A stretch of DNA of 64,000 bases from Castellaniella sp. (GTDB lineage: Bacteria; Pseudomonadota; Gammaproteobacteria; Burkholderiales; Burkholderiaceae_B). Both the position numbers and the translations under genes were made by a program. Positions 50,646 to 59,663 of the stretch are shown in pieces (within the stretch, counting starts at the first letter, position 1; every line of letters begins with the position of its first letter). Below the pieces are notes generated by a model. That model had not been told where the DNA came from. It was given only the letters and a program-made list of their open reading frames with translations, and searched no databases. The stretch covers positions 31,112 to 95,111 of the forward strand of contig JBBAFU010000011.1 of the NCBI GenBank assembly GCA_041655275.1, given 5' to 3'.

Positions 50646-51617
50646 ATGATCTTTTCCAAACTATTGCAAACAATAACAATAAGCTTATTTGGCGTCGTTT
50701 CAGTGGCACAAGCCGAGGCTGATTATCCTACACGCCCTATAACAATGATAATTCCCTTCGCGCCGGGTGGCGCTACTGACATTGTTGGACGGTTGGCCGC
50801 GGACTATCTATCTAAAGAATTAGGCCAACCCGTTGTCCCCGTGAATCGTGCAGGTGCTGGCGGCTCCATTGGCGCAAGCGCACTGGCCAAGGCGGATGCA
50901 GATGGCTATACCCTCGGTGTAGCGACAGTCTCTACGCATGTGGTCAATCCCATCGTGATGCAACTGGACTATGATCCTCACGACGCATTGCTGCCTGTCA
51001 TCCGGGTTGCAGCAGTGCCTAACGTATTGGCCGTCAATGATACGGTACCCGCAAAGACCATGGGCGAGTTCATCGCCTTGCTGCAGAAAAATCCGGATCA
51101 GCATAGTTTCGCCTCTGCTGGTATCGGCGGTATCAATCACATCATGTGCGAAATGTTTATGGCATCGTCTGATACCAAAATGATGCATATTCCCTACAAG
51201 GGGTCTGGACCTGCAATGGCTGATGTGATTGGTGGTCGTGTAGATGCGATTTGCGATCAGATTTCCTCCTCCCAAGCACACATTCAGTCCGGCAAGTTAC
51301 GCGCGCTGGCCGTTGCAGCCCCAGAACGTCTGGCGAGCCTACCAGAAGTACCTACATTTGAAGAGCTGGAACTGCCGGATGTGAACTCCATGGCCTGGTA
51401 TGGAATCATGACGCCCAAAGGTACGCCTCAATTCATCATTGATAAGGTTAATACCGCACTCAATAGAGCACTTGGAAGTGAACCCATGATATCGGCATTG
51501 AAAGCAACCGGATCCATTCCTATTGGTGGAACTCAACAAGAATTTGCCGACATCATCAACGATGATTCTGAAAAGATCGGCCACGTAGTTAAGACAAGAA
51601 ATATCTCAATTCAATAA
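50646..51617 (+). CDS. Bug-family (TctC-like) tripartite tricarboxylate transporter substrate-binding protein
   Basis: Signal peptide, then YPTRPITMIIPFAPGGATDIVGR ... VSTHVVNP ... IPYKGSGPAMADVIGGRVD, typical Bug signatures. GAGGAG Shine-Dalgarno sequence. Confidence 0.92.
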   Translation: MIFSKLLQTITISLFGVVSVAQAEADYPTRPITMIIPFAPGGATDIVGRLAADYLSKELGQPVVPVNRAGAGGSIGASALAKADADGYTLGVATVSTHVVNPIVMQLDYDPHDALLPVIRVAAVPNVLAVNDTVPAKTMGEFIALLQKNPDQHSFASAGIGGINHIMCEMFMASSDTKMMHIPYKGSGPAMADVIGGRVDAICDQISSSQAHIQSGKLRALAVAAPERLASLPEVPTFEELELPDVNSMAWYGIMTPKGTPQFIIDKVNTALNRALGSEPMISALKATGSIPIGGTQQEFADIINDDSEKIGHVVKTRNISIQ

Positions 51618-51728
51618 ATAAGATATTATAGGGCGGTTCCGGTACAATTAGCCTTGATACTGGGACCGCAACCTCTCGGACAGAATATCAGTCATGATCT
51701 GATCAGGAACGGATATAAGGGATGCACC

Positions 51729-52751
51729 ATGAGACGTTACCCGAAATATAAAGTTGCGGCCGCGCACGTTGCGCCCGTATTAGGGGACATCGGACAAACA
51801 GTTGACAAGGTATGTCACGTAATACGAGATGCCTCCAGCCGAGGAGTCAAGCTCCTTGCCTTTTCAGAAGCTTTCATTCCAGGTTATCCGACCTGGTGTC
51901 GGGTCACTGCTCCAATTGACTCACATGGCCTTTTTTCTTATCTTGCAGCAAACGCAATTTATGTCGACGGCCCGGAAATTGACCAAATTCGTTCAACCGC
52001 AGCGCAACACGATATCTTTGTATCTATCGGCTTTAGCGAAGCGACCTCAGTAAGTGTTGGGTGTATTTGGAATTCAAATATATTGATCTCGAACACGGGA
52101 ACTGTACTGAATCACCATCGAAAGCTAGTGCCAACCTTTGCAGAGAAACTGGTTTGGGCCAATGGAGACGGTGCAGGATTGCGGGTATCTGATACAGAGC
52201 TCGGAAAAATTGGAATGCTAATCTGCGGCGAAAACACGAACCCACTTGCGCGATATTGTCTGATGGCACAAGGAGAGCAAGTACATATATCCTCATATCC
52301 TGCGGTAGTCGCTGATAGAACCGCATCAGGAGAACCTGGGTACGATCTTGAGGAGGCTATCCGGATTCGTGCTGCTGCACATTCGTTCGAAGCAAAAGCA
52401 TTCAATATTGTTGCATCTACGCCATACGATGACACTGCGAAAGCCTTTCTGGCTCAATATTTGGATGACACTACGATGCAGATGTTGGCAGATTCACCCA
52501 AAGCTGTATCGATGGTACTTGACCCATCCGGAAAAATTATCAGTGATACTTTATGCGAAACCGAAGGCCTGTGCGTTGCCGATATTGATGTATCAAAGTG
52601 CGTGGAACCAAAACGTGTACATGACGTTGTTGGTTATTACAACCGATTTGATGTTTTTGATTTACGCGTGAATCGTACAAGACAGGTACCGATCAGCTTT
52701 ACTGGTCAGTCAGATTTTGACAGGACTATAAGTTCTGACAACGAAGATTAA
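51729..52751 (+). CDS. nitrilase-superfamily carbon-nitrogen hydrolase (nitrilase/cyanide-hydratase-like branch)
   Basis: AAGGGA then ATG at 51729 gives 340 aa. Glu-Lys-Cys triad context: LAFSEAFIPGYP, HHRKLVPTFAEK, MLICGENTNP. Confidence 0.85.
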   Translation: MRRYPKYKVAAAHVAPVLGDIGQTVDKVCHVIRDASSRGVKLLAFSEAFIPGYPTWCRVTAPIDSHGLFSYLAANAIYVDGPEIDQIRSTAAQHDIFVSIGFSEATSVSVGCIWNSNILISNTGTVLNHHRKLVPTFAEKLVWANGDGAGLRVSDTELGKIGMLICGENTNPLARYCLMAQGEQVHISSYPAVVADRTASGEPGYDLEEAIRIRAAAHSFEAKAFNIVASTPYDDTAKAFLAQYLDDTTMQMLADSPKAVSMVLDPSGKIISDTLCETEGLCVADIDVSKCVEPKRVHDVVGYYNRFDVFDLRVNRTRQVPISFTGQSDFDRTISSDNED

Positions 52752-52862
52752 GACGATTACACCAGTCTTGTTTAATTGAGAAAATTCACTTCGATAATCG
52801 AAAAACACTATCTCGATTTTGATCAGATCTGCCAGATAAACGACTGTATCGCACCCTCCAAC

Positions 52863-53612
52863 TCACAGCCCCAGATAACGCGCCCGCAGGGCGGCATCCT
52901 CCATCAGGACCTGCATCGGTCCCTGATGGGCGACTTGCCCCTTTTCCAGCACGATGGCACGATTCGCCACACGGCCGGCAAAATCCAGATTCTGCTCGGA
53001 CAGCAGGACACTGACACCGCGGGCGCGCACGGCCTGAATCATGGCCGTCATGCGCTCCACGATAATGGGCGCCACACCCTCGGACGGCTCGTCGAGCAGC
53101 ACCACATAGGGATTGCCCATGAGGCTGCGGGCCACGGACAGCATCTGCTGCTCGCCGCCGCTCATCTGATCGGCGCGCCGCGACAGCATCGGCGCCAGAT
53201 TGGGAAACAGCTCGAGCACGGCATCCACGTCCCAGGCAGGCAAGTCCGTGCCGTCGGGCCAACGCCGCGGCGGCTGGCGCCCGGTGCGCAGGTTCTCGGC
53301 CACCGTCAGGTCAGTGAAGATACGGCGATCTTCGGGCACATAGGCCAGGCCGAGGCGCGCGATCTCGTGCGACCGCGCATGGCGAATATCATGTCCCATG
53401 AAATCCAGGGTATGCGCCCGGCGTCGTGTCAGTCCCATGATGGCCTTGAATGTCGTCGACTTGCCCGCGCCATTGCGTCCCATGAGGGCGAGCACCTCTC
53501 CCCGTTGCAATGACAGCTCGACATCGAAGAGTATCTGCGCAGCCCCATACCAGGCGCACAGGCCACTGACCTGCAGCAGGACAGTCTTTGACGGTTGCGC
53601 GGGCGCATTCAT
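52863..53612 (-). CDS. branched-chain amino acid-type ABC transporter ATP-binding protein (LivF-like)
   Basis: Internal Met64 gives 249 aa. GRNGAGKSTT, MSGGEQQML, LLDEPSEG. ATGA coupling at 53609-53612. Confidence 0.9.
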   Translation of the reverse strand: MNAPAQPSKTVLLQVSGLCAWYGAAQILFDVELSLQRGEVLALMGRNGAGKSTTFKAIMGLTRRRAHTLDFMGHDIRHARSHEIARLGLAYVPEDRRIFTDLTVAENLRTGRQPPRRWPDGTDLPAWDVDAVLELFPNLAPMLSRRADQMSGGEQQMLSVARSLMGNPYVVLLDEPSEGVAPIIVERMTAMIQAVRARGVSVLLSEQNLDFAGRVANRAIVLEKGQVAHQGPMQVLMEDAALRARYLGL

Positions 53613-54367
53613 GATGCCGCCTCTGCGTGGCCGAAATAAACCCGCTGGACCTGCGGATCGGCGCGTACCGCCTCCGGCGGACCGTTTGCGACGATGCGTC
53701 CGCCCGCCATGACGATGATACGCCGGGCATGCGCAAATACCACATCCATGCTGTGCTCGGTGAACAGCACTGCCATGTTGCGCGCCTGGGCCAGCCGGCA
53801 CACGAGCGCCATGAGCTCCTGACGCTCGCCCGGTGCCATGCCGGCTGTGGGTTCATCCATGAGCAGCAGGCGCGGCTCGCCCGCCAGCGCCATGGCCAGC
53901 TCCAGGCGCTTCACATCACCATAGGCCAGCTCGCGACAGATGCGCTCCGCCTCGCCGGCCAGGCCCACCTGCGCCAGCAGGGCCCGGGACTGCTCCGCCC
54001 AGCGCGATCCCGCACGGGTCCAGAAACGGTAGATCTGGCGATGATGGGCGATGAAGGCCATCTGCACGTTCTCGCACACACTGAGCGAGGAGAAGCTCGC
54101 GGCCACCTGGAAGCTGCGCCCCACTCCCATGCGCGCGATGGCATGCGGCGAACGTCCGAGTACGGCCTGGCCATCATAGAGCACGCTGCCGGCGTCGGCG
54201 CGCAGCTGCCCGTTGATCATGTTGAAGCTGGTCGTCTTGCCGGCACCGTTGGGCCCGATGAGTGCAAGAATCTCGCCCGGTGCCAGATCGAAACTGATAC
54301 CGTCCACCGCACGGTGGGCGCCAAAAGCCTTGGTCAGGCCCTGGACGCGAAGCAGTGCCGCTGTCAT
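53609..54367 (-). CDS. branched-chain amino acid-type ABC transporter ATP-binding protein (LivG-like)
   Basis: Internal Met183 gives 252 aa. GPNGAGKTTSFN, LAYGDVKRLELA, LLMDEPTAG. ATGA coupling at 54364-54367. Confidence 0.9.
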   Translation of the reverse strand: MTAALLRVQGLTKAFGAHRAVDGISFDLAPGEILALIGPNGAGKTTSFNMINGQLRADAGSVLYDGQAVLGRSPHAIARMGVGRSFQVAASFSSLSVCENVQMAFIAHHRQIYRFWTRAGSRWAEQSRALLAQVGLAGEAERICRELAYGDVKRLELAMALAGEPRLLLMDEPTAGMAPGERQELMALVCRLAQARNMAVLFTEHSMDVVFAHARRIIVMAGGRIVANGPPEAVRADPQVQRVYFGHAEAAS

Positions 54368-56256
54368 GCTGCCGCCTCCCCGCCCCCGGCCCGTCTCCGG
54401 GAAAAGGCGCCGGCCAGACCCGCCGGGAAAGCCAGCACCAGCACCAGGATGATGGCGCCGAAGGCCGCATGCCAGTACTCCGTGATGCCGGCAAAACCAT
54501 CCTGCAGGACCTGGAAGGCCCCCGCGCCCAGCAGCGGACCGGCAAGACTGTGCAGGCCACCGAGCAACACCATGACCAGGGCATCCACCGAGCGCGCGAT
54601 CGACAGGGCTTCGGGCGATACACCGCCCTTGGCAAAGACAAACAGGCTGCCGGCAAGCCCGGCAAACAGACCGGAAATGATGAAAGCGAGCCACTGGATG
54701 CGCCGCACATCCATGCCCAGAGCCTGGGCACGCAAGGGTGAATCCCGGCTGGCCCGCATCGCCAGGCCGAAGGAGGAAAACACCAGACGGCGCAGCAGCC
54801 AGGCCGATACCGCCACCAGGGCAAGCGCAAAATAATAGTAACGGGTGCCCGACAGCGCCTGGTCCGGCCATACGCCGATGATGCCGTTCGAACCGCCGGT
54901 CAGGCCATCCCACTGATAGGCCAGCGACCAGACGATCTGTGCGAACGCCAGCGTCAGCATCGCCAGATAGACGCCCGACAGGCGCACACAGAACCAGCCG
55001 AACAGCGCCGCCCCCGCGCCCGCCACCACCACCCCCAGCGCAAAGGCCGGCACCATGGGCAGGCCGACGGTCTTGGCCAGCAAGGCTGCACCGTAGGCCC
55101 CCAGCCCGTAATAGGCCGCGTGCCCGAAAGACATCATGCCGCCCGGCGCCATCATGAAATGCAGACTCAGGGCAAACAGGGCGGCCAGCATCACATCGAG
55201 CATGAGTACCAGTACATAGGGCCAGGCCGTCGACACCAGCGGCAAGGCGGCCAGAGCGGCCAGCAGCAGCACAAAACCCGTGCGCGTCCGGCGACCTGCC
55301 GGACGCAGCACAGCGGCCTCATGGGCCTGGGCGCGCTGGGTTGCAGGGACACGCCCAAAGAGCCCCCAGGGCCGGAACACGAGCACCACAGCCATGAGCA
55401 TGAACTCGGCCGCCAGTGTCAGGCGGGTGAAATCCAGGGCTATCCCGAACAGCGACACCGTACCCAGGGCAATGCACAAGGCCTTGATCTGGCTGATCAG
55501 CAAGGCCGCAACATAGGCGCCCGGCAGAGAGCCCATGCCACCCACTACCACCACGACAAAGGCATCGGCGATGACACCCAGATCCAGCTGCAGGCTGGCC
55601 GGCTGGCGCGGCAGCTGCAGCGCGCCGCCCAGGCCCGCCAGACCGGCGCCCAGGGCGAACACTGCAGTGAACAGCCATGCCTGATTGACGCCCAGAGCCG
55701 CCAGCATGCTGCGATCCTGCGTGGCTGCGCGCAACAGGGCGCCCCAGTAGGTACGGGCCACCAGACGCCAGACCAGCAGCAGTACCAGCGGCCCCAGAAC
55801 CATGAGAAAGATGTCGTAGGTCGGCAGATAATAGCTGCCGATGCGCACAGCACCATCCAGCCCCGGCGCCAGTGGCCCCAGGATGTCCTCGGGCCCCCAC
55901 GCCCAGAGCGCCACATCGCCGATGATGAGCACGAGCGCAAAGGTGGCAAGCAGCTGGAACAGCTCGGGCGCCGGATAGATGCGCCTCAGGACCAGCAATT
56001 CAAGGATGGCGCCCAGTGCCGCGGTGGCAAGCGCCGCCAGCACGATGCTGAGCCAGAAACCCCAGGCCGTGCCCGGTGCCAGCCATTGCACCAGACTGGT
56101 GGCCAGGAAAATGCCCAGCATGTACAACGAGCCATGGGCGAAGTTGACCACGCGCGTGACCCCGAAGATCAGCGACAGGCCCAATGCCACCAGAAACAGG
56201 GAAGAGGCGTCGGCCAGCCCGTTCAGGAACTGGACCACCCACCCGGAAAACATCAT
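54364..56256 (-). CDS. fused LivH-LivM-type ABC transporter permease
   Basis: 630 aa. The N-terminal half is LivH-like (FLNGLADASSLFLVALGLSLIFGVTRVVNFAHG). The C-terminal half is LivM-like (MMSFGHAAYYGLGAY). Confidence 0.88.
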   Translation of the reverse strand: MMFSGWVVQFLNGLADASSLFLVALGLSLIFGVTRVVNFAHGSLYMLGIFLATSLVQWLAPGTAWGFWLSIVLAALATAALGAILELLVLRRIYPAPELFQLLATFALVLIIGDVALWAWGPEDILGPLAPGLDGAVRIGSYYLPTYDIFLMVLGPLVLLLVWRLVARTYWGALLRAATQDRSMLAALGVNQAWLFTAVFALGAGLAGLGGALQLPRQPASLQLDLGVIADAFVVVVVGGMGSLPGAYVAALLISQIKALCIALGTVSLFGIALDFTRLTLAAEFMLMAVVLVFRPWGLFGRVPATQRAQAHEAAVLRPAGRRTRTGFVLLLAALAALPLVSTAWPYVLVLMLDVMLAALFALSLHFMMAPGGMMSFGHAAYYGLGAYGAALLAKTVGLPMVPAFALGVVVAGAGAALFGWFCVRLSGVYLAMLTLAFAQIVWSLAYQWDGLTGGSNGIIGVWPDQALSGTRYYYFALALVAVSAWLLRRLVFSSFGLAMRASRDSPLRAQALGMDVRRIQWLAFIISGLFAGLAGSLFVFAKGGVSPEALSIARSVDALVMVLLGGLHSLAGPLLGAGAFQVLQDGFAGITEYWHAAFGAIILVLVLAFPAGLAGAFSRRRAGGGEAAA

Positions 56257-56270
56257 TCAGACAGGCCCCT

Positions 56271-57494
56271 TCAGGGCTGATCAGCCGATGCCGGACGCCA
56301 TTGACGCACGAGTTCATCGGGCGGCTGCACACTGGCGCCGTCAGCGTAGCGGATATCCACCATCACGCCCTGGCCATCGCGTACCGCAAGACGCCCCACA
56401 TAGGCGCCCATGGTGGATTGATTGTCCTGTCCGCGATACTCGATGGGTCCGAACGGCGTCATGAGCTCCAGCCCCTTGAAAGCTTCGATGAGCGCTTCGG
56501 TGTCGGTGGAGCCGGCACGCGCGATACCCGCCGCCAGCGACTGGATGGCGCTGTAGCCCACCACCGTACCCAGGCGGGGATGGTCGTTGTAGCGCGCCTG
56601 ATAGGCTTCGAGGAAGGCCTGGTGCTCCGGCGTGTCGATTCCGTACCAGGGATAGCCGGTGACGACCCAGCCTTCCGGCGTTTCGGCGCGCAGGGGATCG
56701 AGGTATTCCGGCTCACCCGTGAGCAGGCTGACCACCGACAGCCCATCGAAGAAGCGCCGCTGCTGGCCGGCGCGCACGAAGCGCGTCAGATCCGTGGCAA
56801 ACAGCACATTGAACAAGGCATCGGGGCGTGCACCGGCCAGCGCCTGGACGACGCTGCCCGCATCCACCTTGCCCAGGGGAGTGGCCTGCTCGGCCACGAA
56901 CTCCACATCGGGCTGTGCCTGCTTGAGCAAGGTCTTGAACGTGGCCACGGCCGACTGGCCGTATTCATAGTTCGGGTAGACGATGGCCCAGCGCTGCTTG
57001 TTCATCTTGACCGCTTCGGGAATCAGCATGGCCACCTGCATATAGGTGGAAGCCCGCAGACGATAGGTATAGCGATTGCCGTCCGACCACACCAGCTTGT
57101 CGGTCAGCGGCTCGGAAGCAAGGAAGAAGCGCTTCTTGTGGCGTGCAAAGTCGCTGACGGCCATGCCCACATGCGAGAGGAAAGTGCCCGTGAGCACATC
57201 GACCTTCTCGCGTGAGAACAGCTCTTCGGCAGTGCGCACGGCATCGCCGGGATTGCCGTTGTCATCACGCACGACGAGCTCGAGCTGCCGGCCATTCACG
57301 CCGCCGGCGGCGTTGATCTGCTCAACGGCCAGCTCCATGCCGTTACGATAGGGGCCAAGAAAGGCGGGCTGGGCCTTGTAGCTGTTAAGCTCGCCAATAC
57401 GGATGGGCTGGGCCGACAGCGAGGGCAGCACCCCCAGCAGAAGACCGGCCAGCCCCAGACGGGCAAGCTGATGAAGAAGCGGGCGGGCGCTCAT
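56271..57494 (-). CDS. ABC transporter periplasmic substrate-binding protein (Leu/Ile/Val-binding protein family)
   Basis: Signal peptide, then IRIGELNSY ... type-1 periplasmic-binding fold pattern. First gene of the liv-type operon. Confidence 0.88.
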   Translation of the reverse strand: MSARPLLHQLARLGLAGLLLGVLPSLSAQPIRIGELNSYKAQPAFLGPYRNGMELAVEQINAAGGVNGRQLELVVRDDNGNPGDAVRTAEELFSREKVDVLTGTFLSHVGMAVSDFARHKKRFFLASEPLTDKLVWSDGNRYTYRLRASTYMQVAMLIPEAVKMNKQRWAIVYPNYEYGQSAVATFKTLLKQAQPDVEFVAEQATPLGKVDAGSVVQALAGARPDALFNVLFATDLTRFVRAGQQRRFFDGLSVVSLLTGEPEYLDPLRAETPEGWVVTGYPWYGIDTPEHQAFLEAYQARYNDHPRLGTVVGYSAIQSLAAGIARAGSTDTEALIEAFKGLELMTPFGPIEYRGQDNQSTMGAYVGRLAVRDGQGVMVDIRYADGASVQPPDELVRQWRPASADQP

Positions 57495-57552
57495 GAATTC
57501 ATTCCTGAAATGAAAAATTCGGTAAACCCATAGTTTAAGGCATAAGACCGCC

Positions 57553-59580
57553 TCACATCTGCGACGGGTTCAGGGGCAGCCGGCGCAGGGCGAGTGCACC
57601 CCTCCCCGCCAGGGCCTGCAACTCGTCTACAAACACCGACGGCCGGGTGGCATCGGCCAGTAGATAGACACGGCCACGCGAGCGTGTCAATGCCACGTAG
57701 AACAGCCGGCGCTCCTCGGCATGCGCGAAGGCTTCGGCCGCCGGCAGCACCGGATCGAGCAGCGCATCGCTCTGAATTTCGCACGGAAAGCCGTGCAACC
57801 CGCCATGCAGACCGAGAAGAATGACCTGATCCGCCTCCAGCCCCTTGACGGCATGAATGGTATGGAAACCCAACTTCAGGCGGGGAAAATCCCGCTGCCA
57901 GCGCGACAGGCCCGCCGGGCGCTGATGCTGGTAGCGCCCCAGCAGGAATACGCTTGCGCAGGCCGGCGGTGCACTGCGCTCGAGCTCTTCAAGGCAGGCC
58001 AGCAGTGAGGCCTCGGCCTGCGCCGCCCCCCAGTGATGCGCCAGCACGACCGCAGCCTGCCCGTGCGGCGGCCGCGCGCGCACCGGCTTGGGCAGCTGCG
58101 ACGGGTTCTGCCGAATGAAGGTACTGGCCGCATCAGCCAGCGACTGATCGAAACGAAAGGTGCGACTCAGACAGACGGTGGCCGGCGGACCAAAATATCG
58201 TGCAAAGCGGGCAATGACATCGGGCATGGCACCGGCGAAACGATAGATGGATTGCCAGTCATCACCCACAGCAAACAGCCGGCAGGCGGGGTTCGCCCGC
58301 AGCAATGCCTGCAGCAGACGCAGGCCGGCGGCCGAGGTGTCCTGAAACTCGTCCACCAGCACGAGCTGCCAGTGTGCCTGGTAGCGCCCCTGGAGCAGAT
58401 GGTCGGCGGCCGTATGCAGCATGCCTTCGAAATCGATGGCGTGCCGGCGTTCCAGGGCCTGTGACCACGCAGTGCACAGACGCTCGAGCAACGGCAGATG
58501 CAGCGCGGTGCGTCCCGGATCGCGCCCGCACATGCCCGCATGGCGCATCGCCTGCGGGTCACGTCCGGAAAGACGTGCCAGGCTCAGGAAGCGCAACAGA
58601 AAACGGCGCTGGTCGGCAGTGAGCGGCTGGCCCAGGCGTGAAAGCACTACGGCCGCCTTTGGCAACATCATGCCTGTCCGGGCCTGCAGCCAATGTCGCA
58701 ACCGGCCAAAGGCCTGGGCGGACTGGAACTGTCGGAGCTCAAGAAACAAAAAACCGGCAAGAACGCCGGCAGGTGCAGCCTCCCGTGGCGACCCGGCAAG
58801 GCAGATGATCCACATGCGCAACGCCGGCAAATGAAATCCGCGACGGCCGGCCAGGGGCGAGCGATGGCGGGGCAAGGCATTGCGCACCGCGACTCCGGCC
58901 AGCCCGAGCCGGCGATACTGGTAAGGCACACCATGCAGGTCCAGCCAGTCGGCAACCGCCTGCTCGAACTGCGTGGGCAGCAGCTCGCCCCGGCGCGTCA
59001 GAAAACCCGCCTGCCGCCCCCGGATCACGCCCTGGGCACGCACAAACGACTGCCACTGCCGCCGGTTGGAAAACTCAGCCGGATGACGCACGCACTCGCC
59101 TGAAAACAGGCAATACAGCAGCCAGTGATCCAGAAAAGTCGTGTCGGATGCGAGCAGCGCGGCAAGCACCTCGTCGAGCAAGCGCGCGCCCGCACCGGTG
59201 CCCGCCTGCAGCACAAGCGGCCGCCGGCCTTCGACGCGGCTGACGATGGACAGCCCCAGCGCATGCAGCGTCAGTGCACGTGCCGCACACGGCTGAGCTG
59301 AAACAGGTGCCAGACAAGTACGCAGACGCTCGCGCAATTCCATGGCGGCGCGCCGGTTGAACGCCACTGCGAGTACATGACGGGGCTGGCAATGCGCATG
59401 ACTGAGCGCATATGCGACACGGGCGACAAGCGTTGCCGTCTTGCCCGAACCCGCAGCCGCAAGCACCAGAGTGCGTGGCGCAGACGAACAGGCTGCAGCA
59501 CGCTGTTCATCCGTTAATCGTGTAGCGACGTGCAGGCGATTGAAACGGGCCTGTGCACCCGTAGAGACATCAGCGGGCAT
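57553..59580 (-). CDS. UvrD-family helicase, DNA helicase IV (HelD)-like core without the HelD N-terminal domain
   Basis: AAAGSGKT (aa 42-49), AVAFNRRAA, LTLHALG, AIDFEGMLHTAADHLL...LVLVDEFQDTS (aa 410-414), VGDDWQSIY, TIHAVKGLEAD, YVALTRSR. The segments match my recollection of E. coli HelD. Confidence 0.85.
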   Translation of the reverse strand: MPADVSTGAQARFNRLHVATRLTDEQRAAACSSAPRTLVLAAAGSGKTATLVARVAYALSHAHCQPRHVLAVAFNRRAAMELRERLRTCLAPVSAQPCAARALTLHALGLSIVSRVEGRRPLVLQAGTGAGARLLDEVLAALLASDTTFLDHWLLYCLFSGECVRHPAEFSNRRQWQSFVRAQGVIRGRQAGFLTRRGELLPTQFEQAVADWLDLHGVPYQYRRLGLAGVAVRNALPRHRSPLAGRRGFHLPALRMWIICLAGSPREAAPAGVLAGFLFLELRQFQSAQAFGRLRHWLQARTGMMLPKAAVVLSRLGQPLTADQRRFLLRFLSLARLSGRDPQAMRHAGMCGRDPGRTALHLPLLERLCTAWSQALERRHAIDFEGMLHTAADHLLQGRYQAHWQLVLVDEFQDTSAAGLRLLQALLRANPACRLFAVGDDWQSIYRFAGAMPDVIARFARYFGPPATVCLSRTFRFDQSLADAASTFIRQNPSQLPKPVRARPPHGQAAVVLAHHWGAAQAEASLLACLEELERSAPPACASVFLLGRYQHQRPAGLSRWQRDFPRLKLGFHTIHAVKGLEADQVILLGLHGGLHGFPCEIQSDALLDPVLPAAEAFAHAEERRLFYVALTRSRGRVYLLADATRPSVFVDELQALAGRGALALRRLPLNPSQM

Positions 59581-59663
59581 GGCGGATTCCCCATCGACGG
59601 ATCAGGGAACCAGTGTAGGGCCTGAACGCGCCGGGCGCCCCGTCAGAACTGCGGGGTTGGAAC

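Larger units (their letters stand above)
47615..52860 (+). other. AT-rich compositional islet (five co-oriented genes) between minE and the liv-type operon
   Basis: Hand counts of printed lines. Inside the islet: 47881-47940 is 26/60 G+C, 49981-50040 is 23/60 and 51181-51240 is 31/60. In the flanks: 47221-47280 is 37/60 and 53041-53100 is 40/60. Codon usage switches to AAA/TTA/ATT-rich. Confidence 0.8.

Noticed and set aside
52776-53513. A 245-aa plus-strand ORF starting right at the islet's right boundary, considered as a possible cargo or integrase remnant.
   Set aside because: Apart from its first ~90 nt in the intergenic spacer, it lies antisense to the LivF-like ATPase gene in high-G+C DNA. 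Its sequence is low-complexity (His/Gly/Arg/Gln-rich) with no recombinase motifs.
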